A DNA stretch of 64,000 nucleotides from Chthoniobacteraceae bacterium (GCA_031409655.1 JANNXQ010000170.1:1-64000); one strand, 5' to 3'. Shown: positions 1 to 9,257, numbered from the stretch's first letter. Made by a program: numbers and translations. Notes: generated by a model not told the origin, from the letters alone.

Positions 1-563
1 TCGGCCGTCAGCTCCCAGGGGCCGTAAGCGCCGTCGCCATCCGCGGCCAGACTCGCGGTGGAGGCATGGCCATCGAGGTAAACTTTGAGATCATTGCGCT
101 CGATGGTCCACGCGAGGTTTTGCATCACCAGCTTGCCCCACGGCGTCACCTCCGCGCTGCCCGGCTTGAAGACCGCGTGCTTGGTGCGGTCGTAGAGGGT
201 GATTTTCAAGGCGTCCGAGGTGACCTGGATCTCGACGGCTTTCTCCTCGTCCACGTCCTTCACATTGATCAGCTTGCTAAGCTCGCTCGCGAGGGATTGC
301 AGAAAGGCGAGCGCCGCCGCGGTCGCTGTGTCGGCGGTCTCGTCCTTGCCCTGCGAGCCACCGTCCTTGCCTTGTAGCACCCCGGCGCTTTCCTTGGTCA
401 TGGCGTTGAAAGGCTGCTTAAAATACTTCGAGGTCGCGAGCAGGATTTTTTTGTCCTGCGCGCAGATCCACAAAACCATGAAGAGAGCCATCATGGCGGT
501 GACGAAATCCGCGTAGGCGACTTTCCAGGCTCCTCCGTGATGAGCTTCAGCTTTCTTGGCCAT
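1..563 (-). CDS. motB: Flagellar stator protein MotB (3' end outside window)
   Basis: Hand translation from ATG at 563: MAKKAEAHHGGAWKVAYADFVTAMMALFMVLWI (MotB TM motif with conserved Asp). Open to position 1, directly after motA. Not in the ORF track. Confidence 0.95.
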   Translation of the reverse strand, partial: MAKKAEAHHGGAWKVAYADFVTAMMALFMVLWICAQDKKILLATSKYFKQPFNAMTKESAGVLQGKDGGSQGKDETADTATAAALAFLQSLASELSKLINVKDVDEEKAVEIQVTSDALKITLYDRTKHAVFKPGSAEVTPWGKLVMQNLAWTIERNDLKVYLDGHASTASLAADGDGAYGPWELTA

Positions 564-565
564 GG

Positions 566-1426
566 TTACTTCGTGTTCAGGGCTTTGAGCATTTCCTCGA
601 GCTCCTCGGCACCAGGCTGGACGCTGTGATCGAGCGTGCGCCGCGCTACTTCCACGGCCATGAGCGGGGCCATGCCATTGGCAAAGCCCGCCACGCCTTT
701 GAGGATCGCGCTGTAGTAGAGCAGCTCGACGCCGTTGTTGCCCTTGATGCGCGCGGCGGTGGGATTGATGAAGCCGTAGGCGCCGAAAATTCCGAGGAAG
801 GTTCCGGTGAGCGCAGCGGCGACTTTTTCACCGACGACCTCGGGGCCTTCCGCGATGGCGCCCATGGTATTGATGATGCCGAGCACCGCCGCGACGATGC
901 CGATCCCCGGCAGCGAATCGCCGACGAGCTGTAGGACGTGAATGGGATGTCCGGCCTCTTCCTCCTTGGCCGAGATTTCCTGCTCGAGCAGCCCGCCGAT
1001 CTGCTCCGGCTTGATCCGGCCGTCGATCAGCGGCTTCAGTCCGCCGCAAAGAAATTCGCTCCGCGCATGATCTTTCAGGAACGACGGATATTTACTGAAG
1101 ATGGAACTCTTCGCGGGGTCCATGACGTGATCTTCCAAGGCGATCAGACCATTCCGCCGCGCGACGACGAACAGTTCGTAGAGGAGCTTCAGCAGATCGA
1201 CGTAGTCGCCCTTTTTGCCGCTCGCGCCGGAGATCGCACCCATCACTTTTGACATCGTGTGCTTGAGAGTGCTCAGGGGGCTGGCGATGACCACGACGCC
1301 GATGGACATGCCGCCGATGGTCACGAATTCGGAGACGTGGAGGAGCACGGCGGGATTGCCGCCGGCCATCATGAACCCGCCGAGGGTGGCACCGATGACG
1401 ATGAGAAAGCCGAGAATGAGGAGCAT
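566..1426 (-). CDS. motA: Flagellar stator protein MotA
   Basis: MLLILGFLIV..., ARRNGLIALE, LPGIGIVAAVLGII, AALTGTFLGIFGAYG. Start moved from 1453 to ATG 1426, downstream of the sigma28 promoter. Confidence 0.95.
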   Translation of the reverse strand: MLLILGFLIVIGATLGGFMMAGGNPAVLLHVSEFVTIGGMSIGVVVIASPLSTLKHTMSKVMGAISGASGKKGDYVDLLKLLYELFVVARRNGLIALEDHVMDPAKSSIFSKYPSFLKDHARSEFLCGGLKPLIDGRIKPEQIGGLLEQEISAKEEEAGHPIHVLQLVGDSLPGIGIVAAVLGIINTMGAIAEGPEVVGEKVAAALTGTFLGIFGAYGFINPTAARIKGNNGVELLYYSAILKGVAGFANGMAPLMAVEVARRTLDHSVQPGAEELEEMLKALNTK

Positions 1427-1450
1427 GGGATGGGCAGTGAGTTCCCGTAG

Positions 1451-1479
1451 CAATCGGCAATCCCCGCCGCCCCCTTTAG
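1451..1479 (-). promoter_or_regulatory. sigma28 (FliA/SigD)-type promoter for motAB
   Basis: Minus strand CTAAA-N16-GCCGATTG, 25 nt upstream of the motA ATG. Consensus is TAAA-N15/16-GCCGATAA. Confidence 0.75.
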
Positions 1480-1547
1480 TGAAATCTCAGCTTCCGTCCT
1501 ACGCGGCGCTCAGCCCGCCGCCTCCACGGAAGCGGCGGCCGCGGCGC

Positions 1548-2510
1548 TTACTTGAGCCGACCTTTGAAAAACGCCGCCACCGATGGTTCCCCGCTGATCC
1601 AGCCCAGAGAGGCGAGGAAGCGATCCGTGCCCTCGAGCGTGGTCGTGAAGCCCTGACCGTCGCCGCGACCGAAATTAAAGAAACCATGCCCCGCGCCTTC
1701 CGTGCCCGCGAGTTCGCAACGGTTGCCGGCCTTCTGCATCGCCGCGGTGAAAGCTTTCGCCGTCGAAAAGGGCACCGTGGTGTCGGCGGTGCCGTGGAAG
1801 ATGATGGTCGGTGGCGCGCCGGCGCGGACATGGTGGGCTGGGGAAAGTTTCTGCGTTTCCGTGCCGAGGCGTACGGAGAGCTTTTCGACGTCGGCACCGA
1901 CTCCCGAGCCTTCGAGCGGGGCGAGCACCAGGGCAGGATTGAAGAGGACCAAGGCATCCGGCACGGAGCTCACGGCCGGGTTTTCGCCGGGCTCATCGAA
2001 TTCCGTGAGGACCCCCGTGCACGCCGCGATGTGCCCGCCGGCCGAGCCGCCTCCAGCGGCAAGGCGTTGCGGATCGACCCCGAGCTTGGCCGCATTGGCC
2101 CGCACCCAGCGGATCGCGGATTTCGCATCGGAGACGCATTGCACGGCTTTCACCTGCTGCCGCGAAGCCACGCGGTAGTCCGCCGTGATCGCGACGATCC
2201 CGCGCGAGGCGAGGTAGAGGCACTGCTGCTGGAACTGTTTCGGAGCGCCAGAAGACCAACCGCCGCCGAAGAAGAAGACGATCGCTGGGCGGCGATCCGT
2301 GACCTGGTGCCCGGGCGGGAGAAAGGCATGCAGCTTCAGGGTGACGCCACTGATCTCTTTGTACACATGCGACTCCGCACCCTCGAGCGAGTCGCCGTAG
2401 GTGAACTTATTGTCCCCGCCGTTGCCCTGCTTTTGCGCCGAGGCGAGCAGGGGAGTGGACGCAAGGATGGTGGCGAGCACACGAAGAGGGAGAACGCGGG
2501 AGATTTTCAT
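1548..2510 (-). CDS. Secreted alpha/beta hydrolase (acetyl esterase/lipase-like)
   Basis: Signal peptide, FFGGGW oxyanion motif, GGSAGGH nucleophile elbow, HGTADTTVP, AGHGFF. Confidence 0.9.
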   Translation of the reverse strand: MKISRVLPLRVLATILASTPLLASAQKQGNGGDNKFTYGDSLEGAESHVYKEISGVTLKLHAFLPPGHQVTDRRPAIVFFFGGGWSSGAPKQFQQQCLYLASRGIVAITADYRVASRQQVKAVQCVSDAKSAIRWVRANAAKLGVDPQRLAAGGGSAGGHIAACTGVLTEFDEPGENPAVSSVPDALVLFNPALVLAPLEGSGVGADVEKLSVRLGTETQKLSPAHHVRAGAPPTIIFHGTADTTVPFSTAKAFTAAMQKAGNRCELAGTEGAGHGFFNFGRGDGQGFTTTLEGTDRFLASLGWISGEPSVAAFFKGRLK

Positions 2511-2549
2511 GGTGGGATGGCAAACCCCGGCGCCCGCAGAAAGTCGCCC

Positions 2550-2658
2550 GGGAGCGCCGCCGTCCCGTGCGGCATCCTGCCAAATGCGCGCAGCGGCACT
2601 TCTCCGAGAGGCGCTCCGCGCGGATGATGACGATGCCGCACGAGACGGCGGCGCTCCC
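2550..2658. repeat. REP-like inverted repeat (27-bp arms)
   Basis: GGGAGCGCCGCCGTCCCGTGCGGCATC (2550-2576) and GATGCCGCACGAGACGGCGGCGCTCCC (2632-2658), one mismatch, just after the fliA stop. Confidence 0.8.
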
Positions 2659-2660
2659 AG

Positions 2661-3428
2661 CTACGCTGCTTCCTGGCGCTTCATGAAAGTCCGCAGACCG
2701 AGCACCGCCTGCGTGTGAATCTGGGAAATGCGCCCTTCGGTCACGCCGAAGACTTCGGCGATTTCCGCCAGCCGCATTTCTTCAAAATAGTACATCGCGA
2801 GCACCTTTTTCTGCATGTCCGGCAGGGTCTGGAGTCGAGTGAGCACGAGCTTCACGAGCTCCTTCTTTTGCAGTTCATCACAGCCCGTGGTCTGGGTGTC
2901 GTCCGGGATGATGTCGTGCAGGGCCACGGTGTCCGCGTCCTCATTGTAGGCGGCGCCGTCGAGCGGGAGAAAGCTCGCGGGTTTGATCTCATCCATCAGC
3001 GTTTCGTACTCCGTGGCGCTGAGCGTCAGGTCCTTGCGGATCTCGTCCTCGCTCGGGGCCCGGCTGAGGCGCTGCTCGAGTGCGGCGAGGCTTTCGCTGT
3101 ACTTCTTCGCCTTGTCGCGGATGGTCCGCGGCAGCCAATCCATGCGGCGCAATTCATCCTGCACCGCGCCGCGGATGTGCAGGGCGGCGAAAGCCGAGAA
3201 AGGCACACCTTGCGAGGGATCGAAGCGGCGGGCGGCGGCGACAAGGCCGGTGTACCCGACGCTGTACAGATCGCCCATCTCCAGGGCCGACGGGAGAAAG
3301 ATGCGCATGCGATCGACCGTCGTTCGCACCAGCGGGAGATGCTGTTCGACGAGCGTGTCTTCATTCGCGCCGGTGTGGTAGGCGCGGAGAGCTTTGGCGG
3401 CGGGGAGCGGAGGGGAGGAGGCGGTCAT
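2661..3428 (-). CDS. fliA: RNA polymerase sigma factor FliA/WhiG (sigma28)
   Basis: RIRGA-like HIRGAVQDELRRMDWLPR and region 4 EIAEVFGVTEGRISQIH. Last gene of the flagellar operon. Confidence 0.95.
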   Translation of the reverse strand: MTASSPPLPAAKALRAYHTGANEDTLVEQHLPLVRTTVDRMRIFLPSALEMGDLYSVGYTGLVAAARRFDPSQGVPFSAFAALHIRGAVQDELRRMDWLPRTIRDKAKKYSESLAALEQRLSRAPSEDEIRKDLTLSATEYETLMDEIKPASFLPLDGAAYNEDADTVALHDIIPDDTQTTGCDELQKKELVKLVLTRLQTLPDMQKKVLAMYYFEEMRLAEIAEVFGVTEGRISQIHTQAVLGLRTFMKRQEAA

Positions 3429-3431
3429 GGG

Positions 3432-3674
3432 TTACGGATTCGGGCCGTTGGCCGCGGGAGGGGCGGCGGCTTCCAGGGCAGCGGCGCGCTCACGCAGATG
3501 ACTGTGCAAGCTGGTGAAAAAGGCCCGGTGGGCGAGACGCAGGAGAATGGCACCGGCGAGGCAGCCGATGCCGCCGTCGCGCAGCGCGAAGGCGGGAGCA
3601 TTTCCGGCATGGAGGCTCGATGCGAAGGTGAGCGCGAAGCCTGCGCAGCCGCCGATCGTGATGAAAAATCTCAT
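3432..3674 (-). CDS. Small hypothetical membrane protein (80 aa, 2 hydrophobic segments)
   Basis: MRFFITIGGCAGFALTFASSL...IGCLAGAILLRL. ATGA overlap with the flhF stop; ends 3 nt before the fliA ATG, filling the gap exactly. Confidence 0.7.
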   Translation of the reverse strand: MRFFITIGGCAGFALTFASSLHAGNAPAFALRDGGIGCLAGAILLRLAHRAFFTSLHSHLRERAAALEAAAPPAANGPNP

Positions 3675-4747
3675 GAAGCGAGCGACACTTGAGCAGCTTG
3701 CAAGCCAGTGTCGGGGAAGGTCCGGGCGAGCACCGCGTCGAAGACGTTGTGCTCGAGATCGCCGGCCACATTCGATCCCGTACCGAGAAAGAGCGGGGTC
3801 AATTTTTGTCCGAGGAGAAACTCCCAGAGCTTGCCCCAATGCGTGAGTTCATCGAGGTGCGTGAAGACGACATGGGTGCAGCCGGCGCGTTCGGCAAAGG
3901 CGTAAGAGCGCTTGATCAGCGCGGCGTCGTAGGCGGCATTGATGACGAGGATGCGACTCGTGGTGAAGAGCGGTTCGAGGGCGAGCGCGACTTCGGCGAC
4001 ATCGCCGCGGCGGTCGGGCACGACGCCTGGCACGTCGATGAAAAGGGATTGCTCCGGGGCGAGCGCGGGCACGTCGGCCGCGGAGCGCGCGCAGCGGACG
4101 CCGAGCGCTTCGCAGAAGACGGCGAGGGCGTCGCCGGGATTGGCGCGATCGAGATCGAGCTTCAGCACCACGCCGCCGCGCTGGCGCACGAAGACCTCCG
4201 TCGCGACCCATTTGCACAGCGCCGTGGTGGTGCCTGCGCCGGGGCTGCCGAGGAAGGCGACGCGCGAGCCCAGCGGCCGCTGCGGCGTACTGCGAAACTC
4301 CTCGCGGAGCAGCATCCCGATGCGGGTGAGCGCGCGGCCGACGGGCATCTTTTCCAACGCCAGCCAATCGCGATCAGCGCGCAGCCGGGCGAGCACTTGC
4401 GCAGAAAATCCACCAGCGCGGAGCAGCCGCACGAGGGCGCTGGCGGGGGGCGACGGGTCTGGTTCGTGCGGTGGCGGCGCGGGGAAGCCGACGAGATTTT
4501 CGGCGAGTGGACTGGCGGCGAGTGGTTCGTGCGGGGCGGGCAGCTCGGTGATGGGCACGGCAACCTCCGGCGGCGGCATGACCTCGGCGATGACTTCGAG
4601 CTTCGGAGCCTTCAGGAATTTCGCGAGCCCGGTGCCCTCGACCTGGCGCACGGAGATGACGCGGGCATGTTCGCCGAGCCGCTCGCGCAGCACGGTGATG
4701 GCCTCCTCAGCGGAGCTGACGACAAAACGGAATCGTTTTTCAGACAT
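3671..4747 (-). CDS. flhF: FlhF-like SRP-family GTPase with degenerate G motifs
   Basis: B-domain start (EAITVLRERLGEHARVISVRQV), position after flhA, motifs GSPGAGTTT / DVPG / THLDE / GTGSNVAGDL. Confidence 0.85.
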   Translation of the reverse strand: MSEKRFRFVVSSAEEAITVLRERLGEHARVISVRQVEGTGLAKFLKAPKLEVIAEVMPPPEVAVPITELPAPHEPLAASPLAENLVGFPAPPPHEPDPSPPASALVRLLRAGGFSAQVLARLRADRDWLALEKMPVGRALTRIGMLLREEFRSTPQRPLGSRVAFLGSPGAGTTTALCKWVATEVFVRQRGGVVLKLDLDRANPGDALAVFCEALGVRCARSAADVPALAPEQSLFIDVPGVVPDRRGDVAEVALALEPLFTTSRILVINAAYDAALIKRSYAFAERAGCTHVVFTHLDELTHWGKLWEFLLGQKLTPLFLGTGSNVAGDLEHNVFDAVLARTFPDTGLQAAQVSLAS

Positions 4748-4757
4748 GGGATTTTAG

Positions 4758-6884
4758 TTAGGCGGCGCGTTCGACGGGTTTTTGCAGGTGGGGGGGCATC
4801 ACGATGATGCCGAAGTTTTGGATCTCCGTTTGCGGAGGGAGCTCCTGATAGGAGAGGACGATGAGTTTCATGAGCGACGGCTCGAAGAAGCGCCGGAAAC
4901 CCAGCCGCAACTCGGAGGTGGTGATGAGCACGGGGTGGAGTCCCTGCTCGGCCATCTCGCTCATGCGCCCCGTGAGTTCGTTGAGCAGGTGCTGTGCGGT
5001 GGGTGGGTCGATCACGAGCCCCACGTCGAACTGATTGCGCTGCACCTTCTGCATCAGCAACTGCTCGAGCCGCGGGTCGAGCGTCAGCGCCTTCACGATG
5101 CCGGGCGCGCTTTCGTAGTCCGAGACGAAATAGACGCCGAGCCGCTTCCGCACTTGCTCGGAGAGGTCGTCGGGATTCTTCGAGACGGGCGCAAAGTCGG
5201 CGATGCACTCCATGATCACGGCGAGGTTTTTGATCGGCACGGCTTCGCGCAGGAGATTCTGCAGGACGCGCTGGATGACGCCGACGTTCACGAGATCGGG
5301 AATGAGTTCGGCGACGAGCGTGGGGTTCGCTTCCTTGAGATGATCGACCAGCGTCTGCACGTCCTGGCGGCCAAGGATGAGGTGCGAGGCGCGTTTGATG
5401 GATTCCGAAAGGTGCGTGATCAGCACCGAGCCGGGATCGACGACGGTGTAGCCATTGATCTCCGCGGAACGTTTCTCATCGTCGCCGATCCAGGTCGCGC
5501 TGATCCCGAAGACGGGCTCGACGGTCGGCACGCCCTTTAGCGGCACGGGGCTGTTCGTCACGTTCATCGCCAGCCAGCGATTCGGGAGAATTTTGCCGCG
5601 CGAGAGTTCCTTGCCGCGCAGGAGGAAGCGGTATTCGTGGGTCTCAAGTTCGAGATTGTCGCGGATGGCGATGGGCGGAACGATCACGCCCATCTCGCGG
5701 GCGAAGCTCTTGCGCACGCCGGTCACGCGGTCGAGCAGATCGCCGCCGTTTTTCTTTTCCGCGAGATGCAGCAGGCCGGTGCCGAGCTCAATGGCGAAGG
5801 TATCGACCTCGATGAGGCGCTTGAATTCATCGACCGGTTTGGCGTTTGGATCGGCGCCTGGTTTGCCAGCCAGGGAGGGTGGCTTCGCCTCGGCGGCGGC
5901 GGTGATGGCGCGCGATTTACGCAGCGACCAACCGGTGAAAGCGATGGTCGAGCCGAGGAGGAAGAAGGGCGCGATCGGCATCCCGGGCACGAGCCCGAAG
6001 AGGAGCATCATCCCGCCGGCGATGCCCAGGGCTCGGGGATAAAGGGTGAGCTGACTGCTGATGTGGGCGCCAAGATTGGAGTCCTCGCTGGCCCGGGTGA
6101 CGAGGATGCCGGCGGCGACGCTGACGATGAGCGCCGGCACCTGCGCCACGAGGCCGTCACCGATCGAGAGCAGCGTGTACTTTTGCAACGCTTCCATCAT
6201 CGGCATGCCTTTCTGCACGATGCCGATGGCGAAGCCGCCGAGGATGTTGATGAGGGTGATGAGGATGCCCGCGACGGCGTCGCCGCGGACAAATTTGCTG
6301 GAGCCGTCCATGGCGCCGTAGAAGTCCGCCTCCTTCTGCACCTTGGTCCGCCGTTTGGTTGCCGTGGCTTCGTCGATGATGCCGGCATTGAGCTCGGCAT
6401 CGATGGCCATCTGCTTGCCGGGCATGGCGTCCAGGGTGAAGCGCGCGGCGACTTCCGCGATGCGCCCGGCGCCCTTGGTGATGACCATGAAGTTGATCAC
6501 GACGAGGATGAGAAAGACCACCGCGCCGACGACGTAGTTCCCGCGGATGACGAAATGCCCGAAGGCATCGATGATCGCGCCCGCGTGGCCATCGCCGAGG
6601 ATCAATCGAGTGGATGCGATGTTCAGCGCGAGTCGGTAGAGGGTGACGGCTAGGAGCAGTGTGGGGAAGCCGGAGAACTCCACCGGGTCCTTCACGTAGA
6701 TGATGATTAGCAGGATCAGCAGCGAGATGCCGATGCTCGCCGCGAGCAGCAGATCGAGGAGCAGCGCCGGCACCGGCACGACGAGGAGGACGATCGTGCC
6801 GAAGAGGCCGACGACGAAGAGCAGGTCGCCCTTTTTGAGGGTCTCCACCATGGAGCGGCGGGTGGGTAGGGCGAAGGCGCTCAT
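4758..6884 (-). CDS. flhA: Flagellar export protein FlhA
   Basis: FHIPEP motif RIAEVAARFTLDAMPGKQMAIDAELNAG, FYGAMDGSSKFVRGD; 708 aa. Confidence 0.98.
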   Translation of the reverse strand: MSAFALPTRRSMVETLKKGDLLFVVGLFGTIVLLVVPVPALLLDLLLAASIGISLLILLIIIYVKDPVEFSGFPTLLLAVTLYRLALNIASTRLILGDGHAGAIIDAFGHFVIRGNYVVGAVVFLILVVINFMVITKGAGRIAEVAARFTLDAMPGKQMAIDAELNAGIIDEATATKRRTKVQKEADFYGAMDGSSKFVRGDAVAGILITLINILGGFAIGIVQKGMPMMEALQKYTLLSIGDGLVAQVPALIVSVAAGILVTRASEDSNLGAHISSQLTLYPRALGIAGGMMLLFGLVPGMPIAPFFLLGSTIAFTGWSLRKSRAITAAAEAKPPSLAGKPGADPNAKPVDEFKRLIEVDTFAIELGTGLLHLAEKKNGGDLLDRVTGVRKSFAREMGVIVPPIAIRDNLELETHEYRFLLRGKELSRGKILPNRWLAMNVTNSPVPLKGVPTVEPVFGISATWIGDDEKRSAEINGYTVVDPGSVLITHLSESIKRASHLILGRQDVQTLVDHLKEANPTLVAELIPDLVNVGVIQRVLQNLLREAVPIKNLAVIMECIADFAPVSKNPDDLSEQVRKRLGVYFVSDYESAPGIVKALTLDPRLEQLLMQKVQRNQFDVGLVIDPPTAQHLLNELTGRMSEMAEQGLHPVLITTSELRLGFRRFFEPSLMKLIVLSYQELPPQTEIQNFGIIVMPPHLQKPVERAA

Positions 6885-6894
6885 ACGGGGAGAG

Positions 6895-7010
<116 letters not shown>

Positions 7011-7020
7011 TGCTGTCGCT

Positions 7021-8112
7021 TCATCCCTCAGCCCTCCGCGTTTTCAACTGATGGAAGTAATACCGGTGCGTCTTGTAAACGAAGGCCAGGATGTCCGCCA
7101 CGGCCTGATACAGCTCCATCGGGATCGGCTTCCCGACTTGGCCGGCCTTAAAAAGCAGTCGCGCGACCGGCTTGTTTTCGATCATCGGCACATCGTGCTC
7201 CGCCGCGAGCGCCTTGATCCGCCGCGCAAAGGATCCCTCCCCCTTCGCCAGTACCATCGGCGCCTTGTCCTTGCCGCGTTCGTACTTCAGCGCCACGGCA
7301 AAGTGCGTCGGGTTGGTGATCACCACGTCGGCAGTGGCCACGGACTTGAGCATCTGCTTTTGCGAAAGCCGCCGGGCCATCTGCCGCAGCATGGCTTTGA
7401 TCTTCGGATCACCTTCCGACTGCTTCTGTTCCTCATGCACGTCGTGCTTCGTCATCATCAGATCCTCGCGGGTCTTGCGGAGCTGATAGACGTAGTTCAC
7501 CGCCGCGATCGCGCCGATCGCGAGGATGAAGCGGCCGAGCAACATCGTCGCCGTCTCGTACAGGAAACTCCCGAGCCGGTGCGCCGGCACGGGCGCGTAA
7601 AAAATCGGGTCGTTCATCACCGACTTCACGCCGTGCCAAACCGCAAAGCCGACGACGACCAGCTTGATCGAGTCCGTCGCGAATTTCACCCCGCCTTGCG
7701 CGGAGAAAATCCGCCCGAACCCCGCCACGGGATCGAGTCGGCTGAGTTTGAATTCGAGAACCTTCGGGGTCAGGCGAAAGTGGCTCTGCAATCCGCCGGC
7801 CAGCGCCGCCGCACCCGCGCAGGCAACCGCGCCGGGCAGCACGAGGCCGAGCATCGTCTTCGCCGCGAGTGCCGCCCATTCCGCCATCGCGTCCGGCTTG
7901 AGCGCATATTTCCCGAGGTGGCCGAAGATGCCGATGCTGATGCTCGCGATGCGTTCGCAGTAGTCGCGCAGGCCGAAACTCAAAACAAACAAAGCCGCGA
8001 TCAGGATGAAGACGACCTGCAGGTCCGGGGTGCGCGCAAATTGCCCCTCATCCGCCGCTTCGGTGAGGCGTTTTTCGGTGGGTTGTTCTGTTTTTACGCC
8101 CTCGTCGGACAT
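7021..8112 (-). CDS. flhB: Flagellar export switch protein FlhB
   Basis: KTEQPTEKRL N-terminus, SEGDPKIK, NPTH autocleavage motif. Confidence 0.98.
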   Translation of the reverse strand: MSDEGVKTEQPTEKRLTEAADEGQFARTPDLQVVFILIAALFVLSFGLRDYCERIASISIGIFGHLGKYALKPDAMAEWAALAAKTMLGLVLPGAVACAGAAALAGGLQSHFRLTPKVLEFKLSRLDPVAGFGRIFSAQGGVKFATDSIKLVVVGFAVWHGVKSVMNDPIFYAPVPAHRLGSFLYETATMLLGRFILAIGAIAAVNYVYQLRKTREDLMMTKHDVHEEQKQSEGDPKIKAMLRQMARRLSQKQMLKSVATADVVITNPTHFAVALKYERGKDKAPMVLAKGEGSFARRIKALAAEHDVPMIENKPVARLLFKAGQVGKPIPMELYQAVADILAFVYKTHRYYFHQLKTRRAEG

Positions 8113-8122
8113 GGTAGCTCGC

Positions 8123-8875
8123 TTATGGCAGGAGCCGGAGCATGAGTTCCGGCGCCTGAGCGAGTTGGCTTAGCACCACCTGTGCCGTGAGCCCGAGGGT
8201 GAGCGCGAGCAGGGCCATGCCGGCGACGATGCGCACGGCAAAACTTTCCGCGAAAGCGTTCACGCTGGGCGCGGCCTTGCCGAGGATGGCGAAGGAGAGC
8301 GTGATGACGAAGTTGATCGCAAGCAGGGGGGCCGAAATCTGCAGGGCGATGAGGAAGATATTGCCGGTGGCCTGGACAAAAAGGTCACCGGCATTTTGGG
8401 ACCCCGAGAGCACGCCGGGCGGGGTGAGTTCAAAGCTCCGCAGAAATGCGACGAACACGGTGTGATGCGCGCCGGAGATGAGAAAGAGCAGCGAGCCAAA
8501 GTAAAAAAGCATCGTGCCGATGAGGGAGGATTGGTTCTGCGAGAGCGGGTCGAGCTGCGAACTCATGACCAGGCCGATCTCCGTGGCGATGATCTGCCCG
8601 GCCATCTCGATGGCGTAAAAGGTGAGCCGCACCGCGAGCCCCATGAGCAGGCCGATGAGAAACTCATGCACCGCGACGAAGAGGAGCGTGAGCAGATTGT
8701 CCGGCAGCGCCGTCTCGGGCGGGATGTAGCCGCTGGCCGAGTAGGCGAGGAAGGCCGCGAGCGCGATGCGGATGGTGACCGGGATGGTCTTGCCGGAGAA
8801 GACCGGCGTGAGCAGGAGCAGCCCGCTGGAGCGCAGGAAGGCGAGCAGCCAGAAGTGGAGGAGCTCGGGGGTCAT
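8123..8875 (-). CDS. fliR: Flagellar export protein FliR
   Basis: Hydrophobic, FLRSSGLLLLTPVFS, EMAGQIIATEIGL. Start at MTPELL (8875); the longer ORF runs through a repeat. Confidence 0.95.
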   Translation of the reverse strand: MTPELLHFWLLAFLRSSGLLLLTPVFSGKTIPVTIRIALAAFLAYSASGYIPPETALPDNLLTLLFVAVHEFLIGLLMGLAVRLTFYAIEMAGQIIATEIGLVMSSQLDPLSQNQSSLIGTMLFYFGSLLFLISGAHHTVFVAFLRSFELTPPGVLSGSQNAGDLFVQATGNIFLIALQISAPLLAINFVITLSFAILGKAAPSVNAFAESFAVRIVAGMALLALTLGLTAQVVLSQLAQAPELMLRLLP

Positions 8876-8890
8876 CGGGGGTGCAGCTCC

Positions 8891-8974
8891 CGTTTGGTGT
8901 TTGCAGTTTGGCGTTTGAAGTTTGGCGTTTTCCGAAACTCCAAACGCCAAACATCAAACGCCAAACACCAAACG
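8891..8974. repeat. Intergenic hairpin of tandem heptamers (NGTTTGG)n ... (CCAAACN)n
   Basis: cgtttgg tgtttgc agtttgg cgtttga agtttgg cgttt, short loop, then aaactcc aaacgcc aaacatc aaacgcc aaacacc aaacg. Confidence 0.9.
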
Positions 8975-8987
8975 TGACGTCCACTTT

Positions 8988-9257
8988 TCACCGGACCATC
9001 TCCGGCAGCCGGGTGATGAAACTCTCCATGAACTGCATGAGCACTCGCAGCATCCAGGGCGCGCCGATGACGACCACCAAGGCGACACCGATCAGCTTCG
9101 GCACGAAGGAGAGCGTCTGCTCCTGGATGCTCGTCACCGACTGCAGCAGGCTGATGCCCAGCCCGATGGCCAGCGTGCCGATGAGGATCGGGCTGACGAC
9201 GAGCAGCGAGGTCGTCACCATCTGGCGCAGGATATCGATGGCTTGTTCGACGTTCAT
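8988..9257 (-). CDS. fliQ: Flagellar export protein FliQ
   Basis: 89 aa, ISLLQSVTSIQEQTLSFVPKL. Confidence 0.97.
   Translation of the reverse strand: MNVEQAIDILRQMVTTSLLVVSPILIGTLAIGLGISLLQSVTSIQEQTLSFVPKLIGVALVVVIGAPWMLRVLMQFMESFITRLPEMVR

Noticed and set aside
2511..2545. sigma54-like site upstream of the esterase (GGGCGC...TTTGC)
   Set aside because: GG-to-GC spacing is 11, not 10, and the -24 match is poor.
8876..8950. N-terminal extension of FliR in the ORF track
   Set aside because: It only translates the heptamer hairpin; the ATG at 8875 gives a normal-length FliR.
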